The notes under the pieces: generated by a model
Database searches by the model: none
Told to the model about the DNA's origin: nothing
Seen by the model: the letters and a program-made list of their open reading frames with translations, nothing else
Part shown: positions 31,980 to 43,200 of the stretch, in pieces
Numbering within the stretch: the stretch's first letter is position 1
Layout of the letters: each line of letters begins with the position of its first letter
Made by a program: the position numbers and the translations under genes
Assembly (NCBI GenBank): GCA_963749495.1
Contig: CAVVMW010000010.1
Span: 384,001 to 448,000, forward strand
From: an uncultured bacterium
GTDB taxonomy: Bacteria; Verrucomicrobiota; Verrucomicrobiia; Limisphaerales; UBA8199
Direction of reading: 5' to 3'
DNA: 64,000 nucleotides

Positions 31980-34586
31980 CTAATTGGGCCCAATCCGATA
32001 GCTAGTCAGTTGTTCCGAATGGTTCAAGGTTATCCAGGCATCCGAGTATTTGTTATACATCACCAGGCCCACTCCCGGGGCGAACCATTCCTCCGTGTAA
32101 GTCTGCTGAGTATTCCCACCAGAAGTCACTTCACTAAGCTCGCGTAAAACCAGACAATTGGCAAAAGTGCCCGCCGGGACAATGGCCGTGCCATTCGTGG
32201 AATAAACCGTCTTGGTAAATCTTGCCAGTAAACCATTGCTCGCTTGCTGCTGGGTCCAGTGTTCTGACGGGGCAAAGGCGGGCTTCACCATGAGCCACGG
32301 CGGATGGAGTGGGGTACCTGTCATTGACAAACCTTCGTTACCCGCAATTTGATACATGGTCACCGTTCCCTGCTCCGGGAATAGCCAGCGAATCTCATGA
32401 TAATTGTCCGGACTGGCTTCTTGGCGCTCCCATTTGTAGCAACGGACTCCTTGGACGGTTTCGACGCCAGTGACGGAGTCAACGCGTGGGCCTTGACCAA
32501 AGCCGGGTTCATAGGTCCATTGGCTTCCCACGACCAATGGCCAGTATTCGAGATAGGCGATTGGCTGAACGTAAACGAAGCTCGCGCTGTTGGTCTTCGA
32601 CCGGTTCCCTGCGGCGTCCTCGGCGTAGGCCCGCACTAGGTTCGTGCCCGGATTGAGCGTCACGCCAGCAGTCCAGTTGGTCCAACCATTGGTGGTGTCC
32701 GCCACGTCCCAGCCCGCGCCGTTGAGTTGATAAAAGACCTGCGTTACCCCAACGTTGTCGCTCGCCTTGCCGGTAACGGTGAATACCGCGTTGCTCACAT
32801 TCTGGTGAACTTTGGGAGAAAGGATGATGGCGACCGGGGGAGTCACGTCCACAAAATTGGCCGTAAAGGTCAAGTTCGAGGCCATCACAAAGGCCAGCAT
32901 CGGCTTGTTGGTCGAAAGGCTGCCGGACCATTTGAGGAAGCCAAAGCCCTTGCCCGCTGTGGCCGTCATGGTGTATCGGGTGCCGATTTTGAGCCATTGC
33001 CCGTTGTAGTTGGGGCTCACTTTGCCGAGCCCGATGACTTGCACCACCAGAGGCGCGCTCACCACATAGGTAAACTTCACGGTATTGGTGGGCGAGGTCT
33101 TGCCGCTGCTGTCCTGGGCGTAGGCGCTGAGGGTATTGGCGCCAGGGTTGAGAGTGACGGTGGCAGTCCAGTTCGTCCAGGAATTGGTACTCGTGGCAAG
33201 TGTCCAACTGCCGCCGTTCAATTGATAATAGACATCGTCCACGGCCACCTTGTCCGAGACCGTGCCGGTGACCCGAAGAAGCGCATTGCTCACGCTCTGG
33301 GCGGATTTAGGCGATGAGAGGGTCAATTTGGGATTCCCCTTCACCTCTTGCGTATAGACGCCGGCAGCCTTCGTGGTCGCTCCGCTTGTGATCGTAACCG
33401 TTTCGCTGGAAGGCGTGTTCCATCCGGAAATCGGTTTGAATGAGACGGTCTGAGCGCCCGCTGAAAGATTGTTGACGGTCGCGGCACTTTTCTGGTAGGC
33501 CCCTTCGTTCACCTGCCACTCAGCCCCGGCGCCAACCGCTGCGGAAGGCGTGATGGTCACTTGCAGGGAGCCGGTCTGTGCGCTGGCGGTGTAAGTAACA
33601 CTGACTTGGTTGGTCGTGCTCAGATTGCCCGCGGCGTCGGCAGCGTAAGCCTCGATTACATTCGCCCCCGGTGACAGAGATGCCTGGAACGACCAGTTCG
33701 CGGTTCCCTGCGCCTTGCTCCAACTGCCTCCATCCACCCGGCAGAACACGGCCACGACCCCCACATTGTCCGAAGCTGTCCCTTGCACCGCCACTGAATT
33801 GACTGCAACAGTGGCCCCGTCGGCCGGCGACGTTATGTGAATGGTGGGCGGCTGCGTGTCGCCGCCCCCGCCGCCCACTGTGACGCCGCCGACCACCCCG
33901 CCGAGCAGTTCATAGACGTTCGTGCCACCCTGGACGACCTTGAGGCAACCTACGTTCGGCGCGTAGAAAAGGGTTTGGCTAAATGTGTTTGTTGTGCTGA
34001 ACCCCATGGTCGTTGTCGTCGTCGTGATTGTCTCCGCACTCGCCAGGCAGTTATTGAACGTCCCCGCCACGACGGTCACGGTTCCTGTCGAGCTCACCAC
34101 GCCGCTGATTGTTTCCGAGACGACGGTATCGAAGCTTTGGCCCGCATCCACCACCGAATTCGTGTACGAGGAGGTGCCGGTGAACGGCGTGCCCAAGGAC
34201 GCCAGCGCCGATTCGGTCATGGTCACCAGTGGCGGCGTAAGAACCGCCACGGTGTTGCTCCCAGTGTCCAACTCGTAAGTCACCTCGCTATTGCCGGAGT
34301 ACCCGACGTAGGCGAAGTTCGTGTACACGGCTCCAGAGACCGGTGAGAGGGTGACGACAGCAAAAGAGCCGGGATATTTCGCCACTCCCGCCTCGATGTT
34401 GACGGTGTTGGTCCCCGCCGCCGTAAGTGACGTGTAATGGTCGCCCACGTGCAATGGGAGGTACTCTTGCAGCAGCGTCCCTGCCGGGGCATTCTTCCCG
34501 GCGAAGATCAGCCCCAGTGCAGCCATGGACAGAACAAGCTTACAGGAGCATCGAGCGACTCGTGTCGATAGATCAATAGTTCTCAT
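31980..34586 (-). CDS. Secreted protein with three bacterial Ig-like domains and terminal VPAGTF-type beta domains
   Basis: Signal peptide; repeats of V.GTASDNVGV..V.Y...W...L.PG.N...AYA.D.AGN; N- and C-terminal TV.AGTF.NCL...APxVG domains. Confidence 0.85.
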   Translation of the reverse strand: MRTIDLSTRVARCSCKLVLSMAALGLIFAGKNAPAGTLLQEYLPLHVGDHYTSLTAAGTNTVNIEAGVAKYPGSFAVVTLSPVSGAVYTNFAYVGYSGNSEVTYELDTGSNTVAVLTPPLVTMTESALASLGTPFTGTSSYTNSVVDAGQSFDTVVSETISGVVSSTGTVTVVAGTFNNCLASAETITTTTTTMGFSTTNTFSQTLFYAPNVGCLKVVQGGTNVYELLGGVVGGVTVGGGGGDTQPPTIHITSPADGATVAVNSVAVQGTASDNVGVVAVFCRVDGGSWSKAQGTANWSFQASLSPGANVIEAYAADAAGNLSTTNQVSVTYTASAQTGSLQVTITPSAAVGAGAEWQVNEGAYQKSAATVNNLSAGAQTVSFKPISGWNTPSSETVTITSGATTKAAGVYTQEVKGNPKLTLSSPKSAQSVSNALLRVTGTVSDKVAVDDVYYQLNGGSWTLATSTNSWTNWTATVTLNPGANTLSAYAQDSSGKTSPTNTVKFTYVVSAPLVVQVIGLGKVSPNYNGQWLKIGTRYTMTATAGKGFGFLKWSGSLSTNKPMLAFVMASNLTFTANFVDVTPPVAIILSPKVHQNVSNAVFTVTGKASDNVGVTQVFYQLNGAGWDVADTTNGWTNWTAGVTLNPGTNLVRAYAEDAAGNRSKTNSASFVYVQPIAYLEYWPLVVGSQWTYEPGFGQGPRVDSVTGVETVQGVRCYKWERQEASPDNYHEIRWLFPEQGTVTMYQIAGNEGLSMTGTPLHPPWLMVKPAFAPSEHWTQQQASNGLLARFTKTVYSTNGTAIVPAGTFANCLVLRELSEVTSGGNTQQTYTEEWFAPGVGLVMYNKYSDAWITLNHSEQLTSYRIGPN

Positions 34587-35054
34587 AAGTTCTCATAAAA
34601 CCGCAGTTTGACAGTGTCGTTAATTGCATTTTCCGAGTGGGGGTCTATTACGTCAGGCAACCCCATCACAATCCACACCATTCGCCTTCACCTGGGCTTC
34701 AATCACAATCGGTGGCGTTCATCACGTTTAACAGTTTGTCCGTGAATCCGCAAGGCATTTCGCCTCGTCGGCACAATTTCGGGCTAAACGGGTGGGCCAG
34801 AGCGCGGAAAACGCCCTGTTGTTCGGCCCAAAAACGGCCCGAAATGAGCACCAGCATGTCGTCACCACTCGGTTCCCCTCCCCGCAGATGCGCCGGCAAT
34901 CTATGGTCCAAAGCGAAAAACTCAGAAGGTTGGTGGATGAATTATACTGAAGCTCGGCCCAAGGGGGTGGCTGGGCTTCAGTTGCTCAGCAATGGCGGCC
35001 ATTTGGAGCCTAGAGTCCTTGAATTTCAAAACGTGATGCAGACAGGTCAAGTTT

Positions 35055-35105
35055 GTGGCACGGGCATCCTGCCCGTGGGGGGCTTGGGCAGGATGCCCGA
35101 GCCAC
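35055..35105. repeat. REP doublet
   Basis: gtggcacgggcatcctgcccgtg...gggcaggatgcccgagccac; same type as the cargo inside hdrA. Confidence 0.75.
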
Positions 35106-35124
35106 GGTCTGAGGCCCAGCCTCG

Positions 35125-35602
35125 CTAGAAGTTGATGGAGAGCAGCTTGAGCATGGGACCGCTGCCACTTGCCGGGAACCGTTCGAAGTTGTCCCACCCA
35201 GAGCCGGTCCTGGGGCGGGGCGAAAGGGTTAAGAAGTTGGAGCGGTCTTTTCGCCTTGATCACCTGCACTACGATGCCGCTGTAAGTGTGCCGGGCCAAG
35301 GCCAGCTCGTTCGCCTTGGGTTCGGCGAACGTCAGTTGTGGAGCACCTTTCAGGAACGACCGGTGCGGTTGGGCTTGCAGCACTTTCTCCGCCTGTGGCG
35401 TCGGCGCGTTCGTGGTCACCGGGGAGGCTTTTGCGGCCGTGGTCTGGGTCAGAGTCCCCGGGGCTGGCTTGACTTGGGCCGGACCAATCTGGGCCGGTGC
35501 CGGCCTTGGCTGGGCGGATGCTGATTGGGATGGGGTGGTTTGGGCGGTGCCAACGCCACCCACCAGAAGAACGAAAGACCAGATGAGCAAGGTATTCCTC
35601 AT
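35125..35602 (-). CDS. Small secreted hypothetical protein (frameshift at ~35205)
   Basis: MRNTLLIWSFVLLVGGVGTAQ signal, Pro/Thr linker, YSGIVVQ...LQLLNPFAPP; shifted frame continues GSGWDNF...LKLLSINF*. Confidence 0.6.
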
Positions 35603-36007
35603 GCTTGGGTGTAAGCGTGTGGTGTGCCACAGGCGCCGCGGCATGGTTGGCGCTCGAATGGCAACTCCTGGTGGTCGCTCCCGAAAAGCCCGCAAGTGCC
35701 TCGGCTGCAACGACCGCCCTCGGGCAATTCTGGCTGACAACGGCTGGAAAATGCTCAGCCGAACGATTTCCAGATACCCCATCCAACCCTCTCGGCCACT
35801 TTGCAGAGTGCATGGTGCGGCGGCGTTGGTCGTGCGAGATGCAATGCCTTCATTGAATGGTAATTCGGAACCGCCGCTCCTGAACTCCATTGTTGGCTGG
35901 TGGTGAATCTCGTCTTCCGGGACAACAGGCTTGAACAGCGTTGAATTTGTTATGCAAGAATGTCATGCCGAATGAGGGGTGGCTCTGTAAGTCGTTGATT
36001 ATGAAGG

Positions 36008-36100
36008 TGGCGGAGAGAGGGGGATTCGAACCCCCGATACGGCTTTTGACCGTATAACGGTTTAGCAAACCGCCGCCTTCAGCCACTCGGCCATCTCTCC
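36008..36100 (-). tRNA. tRNA-Ser(GCT)
   Basis: ggagagatggccgagtgg...gcggt-ttGCTaa-accgt, long variable arm, ggttcgaatcc, encoded CCA. Confidence 0.97.
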
Positions 36101-36179
36101 AGCGTTGATTATCAGCAACTTACACTGCGAGTGAACGTTTGGGGTTGGCATTTTGATACTGGTTTTTGATACTGGCCGC

Positions 36180-37218
36180 ATGAACTAGCGAAAAGCAGGG
36201 CCAAAAGCTGCCAACTCCGGGGATGAGTGGCAGAAAACACAGTATTCAAATTTGATCCGCTACGTTCCATCTGGCACTTACTATGCCCGCATTCGCGTTG
36301 TTGGCAAGCTCATTCGGAAAAGTCTAAAGACCGACGTGCTCACCGTCGCAAAGCTCAGACTGGCCGATCTGGAAAAAAGCGAACGGGAAGCGGTGGAGTC
36401 ACGCGACTCCACCAGCAAGGGGCGCATGACCTTTGGCGATTGCCTAGCAATCTTCAAAACGCAAACCGAAACCAGCAGCCTCTTGAAGCCGTCCGCCAAA
36501 CACTACCGCCACGAGGTTCTCGACAGCATTTGCAAATCATGGCCCGGTATAGAGGCGCGAGACGTTCGCCGGTTCAGCGCGAGCGAGTGCAACACCTGGG
36601 CGGCGCGATTCAGCAGCCGCTATTCCTCGACGCGCTACAACGGCGCGCTCGACATTCTCCAGGCGGTTTTCGACACGGCCATTCAAGCCGGGCTCTCTTC
36701 CGCAATCCGGCACAGGGCATTAAGCGGGCAAGAGTTCGGCCCCGTCATTTGACATTGCCTGACAGCGGGCAGTTTGGCTGCTTTGTGGAGGAAATAGAAA
36801 GCGCCAAGGGGCGCGATTCACGCAAGTGCGCCGACATGGTTCGCTTTCTGGCATTCGGCGGATTCCGGCTGTCGGAAGCACGGAACATCACTTGGGCGGA
36901 CTGCGATTTTGAGAAGGGCGAAATCATCGTGCGAGGCGACCCGGAAACGGGCACGAAAAATTGGAGCATCCGGCGTGTGCCAATGATACCCGAAATGAAG
37001 CAGCTGTTGGAGCGACTACGCGAAGAACGACCGCAGGAACCGCTGGCCAGCCCCGTTATGCGCGTCAAAGAATGTCTGCAAGCCATGACGCGGGCCGCAA
37101 GAGAGGTAGGCATGCACCGAATCACCCACCACGACCTCCGTCACCTGTTCGCAACCCGGTGCATCGAATCCGGCGTCGATATCCCCACAGTCAGTCGTTG
37201 GCTCGGTCACAAAGACGG
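36180..37218 (+). pseudogene. Tyrosine recombinase/integrase, broken
   Basis: Arm-binding YYARIRVVGK, catalytic FRLSEA, HDLRH, LGH. Stop at codon 3, frameshift at ~36700, truncated before the catalytic Tyr. Confidence 0.88.
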
Positions 37219-37534
37219 CTGCGCTCGGAGCCCCGGTTTATTGCATTGCTCAGAAAAATGGGGCTCCAGAAATGAGCAACCGCACTGAACAACGCAAGCG
37301 CGCGGCGCTGGCGGAAAAAGCGGACTTGGTTTGGACATCAACTAACCAGACTTGACTCGGTGGAACTCCTGCCGCTCCCAACCGATAAAACAACTGTTTA
37401 CCGTTACGCGCCCAGAGAGGCTCGCGGCCTTTCTCGCTGGATAACGAAATAATCGTCTTCCAGTCGGAAGAACCACGCGGGAGTCTGGGTGGCCGGTGTG
37501 GTGTTGGAGGCCAATTGTCGTAATCAACGACGGT

Positions 37535-38335
37535 TCAATCCTTGCCGGCGTCGAAGCACTGCTGGCAAATCTCAGCGCCGCCAAGACAGACGATGACATA
37601 CGGAACTGTCTGCCCGCATTTACCACACGTTTCTGCTGTGCCCAGCAATTGACGGGCTTCGAGTATGAGTTGGTTGAGGGTGGCGATGGAATCTTCTGAG
37701 GTGCGTTCGAAAGGTCCATCATCCCCCGGTTCGCCTTCACGTTTCAGGCCGGCGACTCTCTCCACGAACCTGAGCAGTGCCGGTTGAGTCAGGCCAGCTT
37801 TCTCCAGGGCTTCGAGTGCTGCCAGGTCGCTGTCGAATTGCTCGCACACGTCACACCGCTGGATTTCGTACTTGTGTCCCTGGTCGCTGCCGGTATTGAA
37901 GAAGAACCAACCCTTTCCTTTGCAGGTTTGGCATTTCGTTGGCTGGTCAGAACCGCAGGCCGTGTTTTCAATCGCATCATCCTGGGCGCTTTTGCCGCAG
38001 TTGATGCAGAGGTCGGTGTGGGGGCTGAATGCATGGTCTTTTGGTTCATTCGGTTTCTTGGAGTCGTTCATGGGCTTCTCCTTCTGGTGGCTCTCCTTGT
38101 CGTACCCAGTGCCAGCAAAATCGACCCAGACCCAAGCCGAGACGTAGCAGCCGTTGTCGTTGCCTTCACTGAGCTGGGCATTATTGTCGATTTCAACCGC
38201 CCCTTCGACCTGGCGATGTTGTCGGGCCAGTTCGATGATTCCGACCCTTCTCGCTTCGGCCTTCTGAAAACAGCCGGCGCAGAGTCCTTGATCCGTTAAG
38301 GACTCGAAGGACTGGTTGCATTTTGAACAGATCAT
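37535..38335 (-). CDS. Hypothetical phage/ICE-like protein with several CxxC motifs
   Basis: 266-aa ORF with CSKC, CAGC, CINC, CQTC, CDVC, CGKC, CQQC. Confidence 0.65.
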   Translation of the reverse strand: MICSKCNQSFESLTDQGLCAGCFQKAEARRVGIIELARQHRQVEGAVEIDNNAQLSEGNDNGCYVSAWVWVDFAGTGYDKESHQKEKPMNDSKKPNEPKDHAFSPHTDLCINCGKSAQDDAIENTACGSDQPTKCQTCKGKGWFFFNTGSDQGHKYEIQRCDVCEQFDSDLAALEALEKAGLTQPALLRFVERVAGLKREGEPGDDGPFERTSEDSIATLNQLILEARQLLGTAETCGKCGQTVPYVIVCLGGAEICQQCFDAGKD

Positions 38336-38368
38336 TGATGCTTCTCTCCTTTCGTTGTTGTTGGTTTG

Positions 38369-38758
38369 TTATTCAGACCCCTTCAGCCGGTCGTCCCAAC
38401 ATCTCTCCTGGCATGTCCATTTTCCCTGATGCAAGTGGGCTGATTCTCCAAGGCAGGGGATATGGCAAATTGCACATTGGACTTGGAAAGCCTTGCGCCA
38501 TTGAGCCACTGTGTAGTCCCGGCACTCAGCGTTGCCCAGAGGTCCGTAGATGGAGGCAATGTTCCTGGGCGTTATCGGAGTCGCCACGTTGACCCAGACC
38601 CGTTCGGCGTCAGGATGGTTCACGGAAGTGACTGTGGCGTCACTGGTGAAGAAGCGATTGGCTTTGTTGACCGCCTCCTCGATGGTGAGAGCGTTGACGT
38701 CGATGCCGAAGCACGAACGTTTCCCGCCCCACCTGAACTGGAATTCGAACATGTTCAT
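38369..38758 (-). CDS. Hypothetical island protein
   Basis: 3' part of ORF 38369..38974 from MNMFEF; co-oriented with its neighbour; CAIC and CQERC motifs. Confidence 0.5.
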   Translation of the reverse strand: MNMFEFQFRWGGKRSCFGIDVNALTIEEAVNKANRFFTSDATVTSVNHPDAERVWVNVATPITPRNIASIYGPLGNAECRDYTVAQWRKAFQVQCAICHIPCLGESAHLHQGKWTCQERCWDDRLKGSE

Positions 38759-39018
38759 TTTGATGAGGATTTTCTCCTTTTGTTTCTTGATTTTGATGGT
38801 TGATTTCGAGGCCACAAATCCGCAGTCCTTGTTCATGGGCGTTTGCGTTTTTACGGCCGGTGGTTTGAACTTTGATGTTGATGGGGCGATTTCATATCGG
38901 CTTGGTCTTTGCGGTTGTTGACGTGGCGAAGGGCTAATCGAGGGTTCAACCGGGCGAGCAAGACACTTTGTCAATGTGGCCGCGTGACGTTTCTTTGGCG
39001 GGATGGTCTAAACCGGTG

Positions 39019-39175
39019 ATGAGCACCGTAAGGCGCAATCGAAGGTCCGTCTCAGGTGAAGTTCGTGCTGGGGGTTTCACCCTCGTTGAACTTCTGGTGG
39101 TCATCGCAATGTTTGGCATTGTGGCCGCATTGCTGCCGCTGGCTCCAAACCGCGCCAAGGCGAGTGCGTGGCAAT
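39019..39175 (+). pseudogene. Prepilin-type N-terminal fragment
   Basis: GGFTLVELLVVIAMFGIVAALLPLAPNRAKASA. Confidence 0.65.
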
Positions 39176-39232
39176 GTCCCGCGCCAGCGCATCTGGAGAG
39201 CAACCAGCACCACACGCACTTTTTGAACGCTT

Positions 39233-40381
39233 ATGGCTACGAGCAAACTTAAACTTAGTCTGACCGTTCTGGTCGTCGTCGCCGTGACGACGACTCTGGT
39301 GATTCAACACCAGGCACAGGCAAAGCTCCGCGAGGAGATTCAGTCGTTGCGTGAGCAAATGGCGCGGCTTCAGGCCGAGAACCAAGGTCTTTCAAATCGC
39401 GTCGGCCAGGCGAAAAAGGCTCGGGAGCCGCGCCTGCCTGCGCCGCCAATTCAGATTGCTGCCCGAATGACCGCCCCAATGGAAGAGATGCAAGCCACCA
39501 ATGTATATGCCCGATTCGCAAAAGAACCACCGAAGCTGACCGCCGAACAAGTCGAGGCGTACCTCAAGGAAAATGGGCGTAACGCCTCGACTCTTCTGGC
39601 GGCGTATCGCACCAGCGGCGACTCGGCGTTGCTGAAGGAAGCCATGCAAAACTATGGCAACGACCCCCAGGTGGCTTTCGAGGCAGTCTTCAAAGGCGAC
39701 TTATCTCCTGAACAAAGACGCCAATGGTTGAACGCCTTCGAGCAAACAGCCGCCGACAATGCGCTGGCAAATTACCTCTCCGCGCGTGATTACCTTAAAG
39801 CCGGGCAGATGGATCTGGCCGTACAGGAACTCACGGCCGCATCCGGCAAGCAACAATTCCAAGATTACACACTCGATCGCAGGCAGGATGACGAAGAGGC
39901 CTACTTGGCGGCAGGTTACTCGGCGGCTGCGGCTAAATTGATCGGTTCTTCACAAGTGGAGTTGCCTCAACTCTCGGAACTGAAGCAACTCGGTCTGCAA
40001 ATGGTGGATCTGGCCAACTCATATCGGCAGGCAGGTGACGAGACTTCAGCGCAAGCGGTCCTGCAAATGGCGGTGAGGTTAGGGCAGAGCTACGGCGCGG
40101 GCGATTGTGCCGTCAGTCATTTGGTGGGTTTAGCCATCGAACGTAACGCCCTCAGCGCCATGGATCCGAACAGCCCTTATGGTGCCAACGGCCAGACCGT
40201 CCAGGATCAACTCAACCAGATCATTCAACAAAAAGCGACAATCAATTCACTCTTCAAGAACAATGAATCGTTGCTGGAAACCATGTCAGATCAGGATTGG
40301 ATCAGTTACGTCGATCGAGACAAAAGTTCCGGCGAAGAGGCTGCGTTGCGGTGGGCGGTCAGCAAGTATGGACAGAAATAG
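39233..40381 (+). CDS. Membrane-anchored helical protein, probably the C-terminal extension of a truncated ECF sigma factor
   Basis: Begins MATSKLKLSL-TM-coiled coil, as in the TM-linked tails of PVC ECF sigma factors; no sigma domain upstream. Confidence 0.65.
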   Translation: MATSKLKLSLTVLVVVAVTTTLVIQHQAQAKLREEIQSLREQMARLQAENQGLSNRVGQAKKAREPRLPAPPIQIAARMTAPMEEMQATNVYARFAKEPPKLTAEQVEAYLKENGRNASTLLAAYRTSGDSALLKEAMQNYGNDPQVAFEAVFKGDLSPEQRRQWLNAFEQTAADNALANYLSARDYLKAGQMDLAVQELTAASGKQQFQDYTLDRRQDDEEAYLAAGYSAAAAKLIGSSQVELPQLSELKQLGLQMVDLANSYRQAGDETSAQAVLQMAVRLGQSYGAGDCAVSHLVGLAIERNALSAMDPNSPYGANGQTVQDQLNQIIQQKATINSLFKNNESLLETMSDQDWISYVDRDKSSGEEAALRWAVSKYGQK

Positions 40382-40421
40382 TTCATAATGAGACCTGAGG
40401 TGTTTGGTCTGGCCGTCGCGC

Positions 40422-40652
40422 TCAGTTCGGTTGCAGGTTCTGATTCTCCCACTCCAAACAGGCGGATCTGGACCGGGAGAAGAAGCGGACTTTGCCTCTC
40501 CTGTCTTTGACCTCCCAATGCTGAGTCGAGTTGTTGAATTCGATGTTGCTGGCCCTGGTGATTTCGAGCCGGCCAAGTTCATGAAGCGGAACAGCCTCGG
40601 TCCAAAGACAATGGGCTGTGCCGTCGGGGTGAAAAGAGATGGCTGTGTGCAT
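40422..40652 (-). CDS. Small hypothetical island protein
   Basis: 76-aa ORF MHTAISFHPDGTAHCLWTEAVPLHELGRLEITRASNIEFN... Confidence 0.55.
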   Translation of the reverse strand: MHTAISFHPDGTAHCLWTEAVPLHELGRLEITRASNIEFNNSTQHWEVKDRRGKVRFFSRSRSACLEWENQNLQPN

Positions 40653-40812
40653 GGTTTTGATGGATGCTGAGGATTGACTTGCTGAGGTTCGACGTGGTTT
40701 AGGTCCGAATGGGGACAGTGTTCAAACCAGGTGCTGGTATTGTCTGGCAGAAAACAATTGCGATCTGAGGCACCTGCGTGACCTTTATGCCCGTCCCTTG
40801 TCTCATAGAGAA

Positions 40813-42100
40813 ATGCACTTCAGCAGGCAAAAGCTTATGCTGCTCGGCCTTGCGTTGGCCGTATTTGGCGGGTTGCTTGTTCGAGCCTGGACGAGTCGGG
40901 AACCGGAATTCCATGGCAGATCCGTGAGCAGTTGGTTCCGGCAGTACTCTCGCTCGATCCATGATGAGAACGCTAAAGAGGAGTCTCAACTCGCCTTGCG
41001 CGCCTTGGGGACCAACGCAGTTTCTTTTTTGCTCAGGGAATGTTTTTCCACTCACCAGGATTCCGCCGCCTCAACCAACTTCCAAACATTCCTGGCTCAT
41101 CTACCCTGGCCTTTCCGGTTTGCCCCTTTTGTTTCGGCCAACGAAATCCGGGAGACGGCGGCCGAAATGGTCCAAGCCATCAAGCCTCCGGCAGCCTTCA
41201 TCCTTCCGTATGTAACCAATGCCTTCAAGGGCACGAACCAGGGTCAACATCGGATGGCGATTTACCTGCTGGCCGATATTGGCGAAGGAGCAGAAAGAGC
41301 GGTGCCGTGGCTGAGACTGGGTCTGCGCAGTTCGGATGCATGGCTGATCACTCTGGCGATGCGTTCGGCCGAACGATTGGGGCGTGCCGCCAGGGAAGTC
41401 GTTCCGGACCTCATGGCGGGGCTGACGAATGTGCCGATCCAGAGGCGATTCCTGTGGGGCGGGAGCAAGGCCTTGGCCAGCATCGGTCATGAGGCTGCTC
41501 CGGCCATCCCTCTCCTCAAGGAACGATTCCTGGGAGAAACGGACATTGCCGTTCGGCTGGTGATAGCCGGCGCGGTCTGCCGCATCGATCCGCAGGAATC
41601 GGCACTCCTCGACGACGTAATTGGTGAGATGACCAAGCTGGAGGACAAGGCCCGTCTCCAGCAACTTTTGAACCTGTTGGGTGAGATCGGCCCAAGCGCC
41701 AAGGCGGCGATTCCTTTTCTCCAGGGGTTGTTAACCGATAAAGATCCGCGAGTGTGGTGGTCAGGCTGCGTTTGCCCTTCATGCAATTGGCGCCGACAAG
41801 AGTCAGATCCTGCCACCTCTCCTGGCCAAGGTGCGGGAAAATAACGAGACCATCCGGTACAATGCAGCTCAAGTGATACTGTTGGATGATCCGGGCAATG
41901 ACGAGGCCAGAGGTGTGCTGGTTGCATTGATCGAGCGGAAATCCCCTTGGACAGACGCGGCCATCGCTGAATTGGGGAACCTGGGATCGAACGCAAAGCC
42001 GGTGATTCCCTTGCTCCAGGAAATCAGTCTGAGAGGAGAGAAACGTCTGCGTGAAGGTGCCAAGAAGCCGTTGAAACAGATCGAGGCAAACTCCAAGTGA
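40813..42100 (+). CDS. HEAT-repeat protein with N-terminal membrane anchor (frameshift at ~41760)
   Basis: Repeats of ALxxIGxxAxxAVPxL; TM followed by REPEFHGRSVSSW; continues in ORF 41831..42100. Confidence 0.75.
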
Positions 42101-42262
42101 AGCATGTTGGACTCGATCAGGTGCCGCATTTGATGTCGGCCCATGGATCGTCGCTGCTGAATGTGCATCGGAACTGGCCCTGCTGACGACTTCGGCCGCC
42201 AGACCCCAATAGATTATACCGGATGAAGGGGTTGAACATGCACAGGGGGTCAATTCCAAGGT

Positions 42263-42952
42263 TTGATCGTGCGCCGCAAGGCCGGCGCCGAGGTGGAGTT
42301 CGGCAACACCCTGTTTTTGGCCGAGAACCCGCAGGGGCTGATCATCGACTGGGAGTTCTTTCGCGAGAGTGCCCCCGCCGACTCGGCGCTGCTGCCGCGC
42401 AGCGTGGGGCGGATGGAAGCTGCCTACGGACCCAAACTCCGGGCGATGGCGGCCGACCGGGGCTTCGACAGCCAAACCAACCGGATCGGCTTAGAAGCGC
42501 AGGAGATTTACAACGCGGTGTGTGCACGCGATCCGCGGCTGCTCCGGCAGCGGGGCCGTGGCTGGAAGTTCAAGCGGCTGCAACGACGCCGGGCGCAAAC
42601 AGAGGGGCGGATCGGCATTGTGAAGAACGTGTTTTTGGGGCGGGCGGATGCGCAGCAAGGGCTTTACGCACCGGCAGCTGACGGTGACGTGGACGGTGCT
42701 GGTGCATAACCTGTGGGTGCTGGCGCGGTTGCAGCGCGCGGCGGCAGCGCAGGCTCGCCGCCAGGCGGCCTGAAGGCCGCCAAGAGGATCTCCTGAAGAG
42801 AGCAACGGTGGAACGGGTGTGTACCCAGAGGCCGGTTTTTTAGGAAGATCACGTCCCGGGCTTGCGGAGCCGCGGGCTCACATTATGATTTAAACACTAT
42901 CGTTTAGAGTTACTGATGATATTTCTAAAAGCCGCCCTTTTGGGACAGGCTC
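42263..42952 (+). mobile_element. Truncated DDE transposase (IS5/IS4-like) with right end
   Basis: KAGAEVEFG, AADRGF, RRAQTEGRIG and, after a shift, VHNLW. Putative TIR ttttgggacaggctc followed by tag at ~42938-42955. Confidence 0.8.
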
Positions 42953-43117
42953 TAGTTAGTTGCCGGCTCGAAAAATCTGGACGTTCTTGCAGGTGTAATA
43001 TAGGATGAAGCTCGTGCCGTAAGCCTGGTTGAGGATAGATCGCCACCCGATGCGCCTTGCCAAATCTGTTCTGGTTATCCGAGAGTTTGTCCGTTTCGCG
43101 TGTCTGGCCGCCGGCGT

Positions 43118-43200
43118 GTTGGCCAACTCGACCAGGAAGGTGTGCGGAAAGGGTGAGGGCTTCTTGATCGCCAGCCCAAGTTCCACGAAGATTTCGCCCG
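43118..43200. repeat. 83-bp direct repeat of 45455-45537 (ceramidase 3' region)
   Basis: Identical apart from two positions. Confidence 0.9.
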
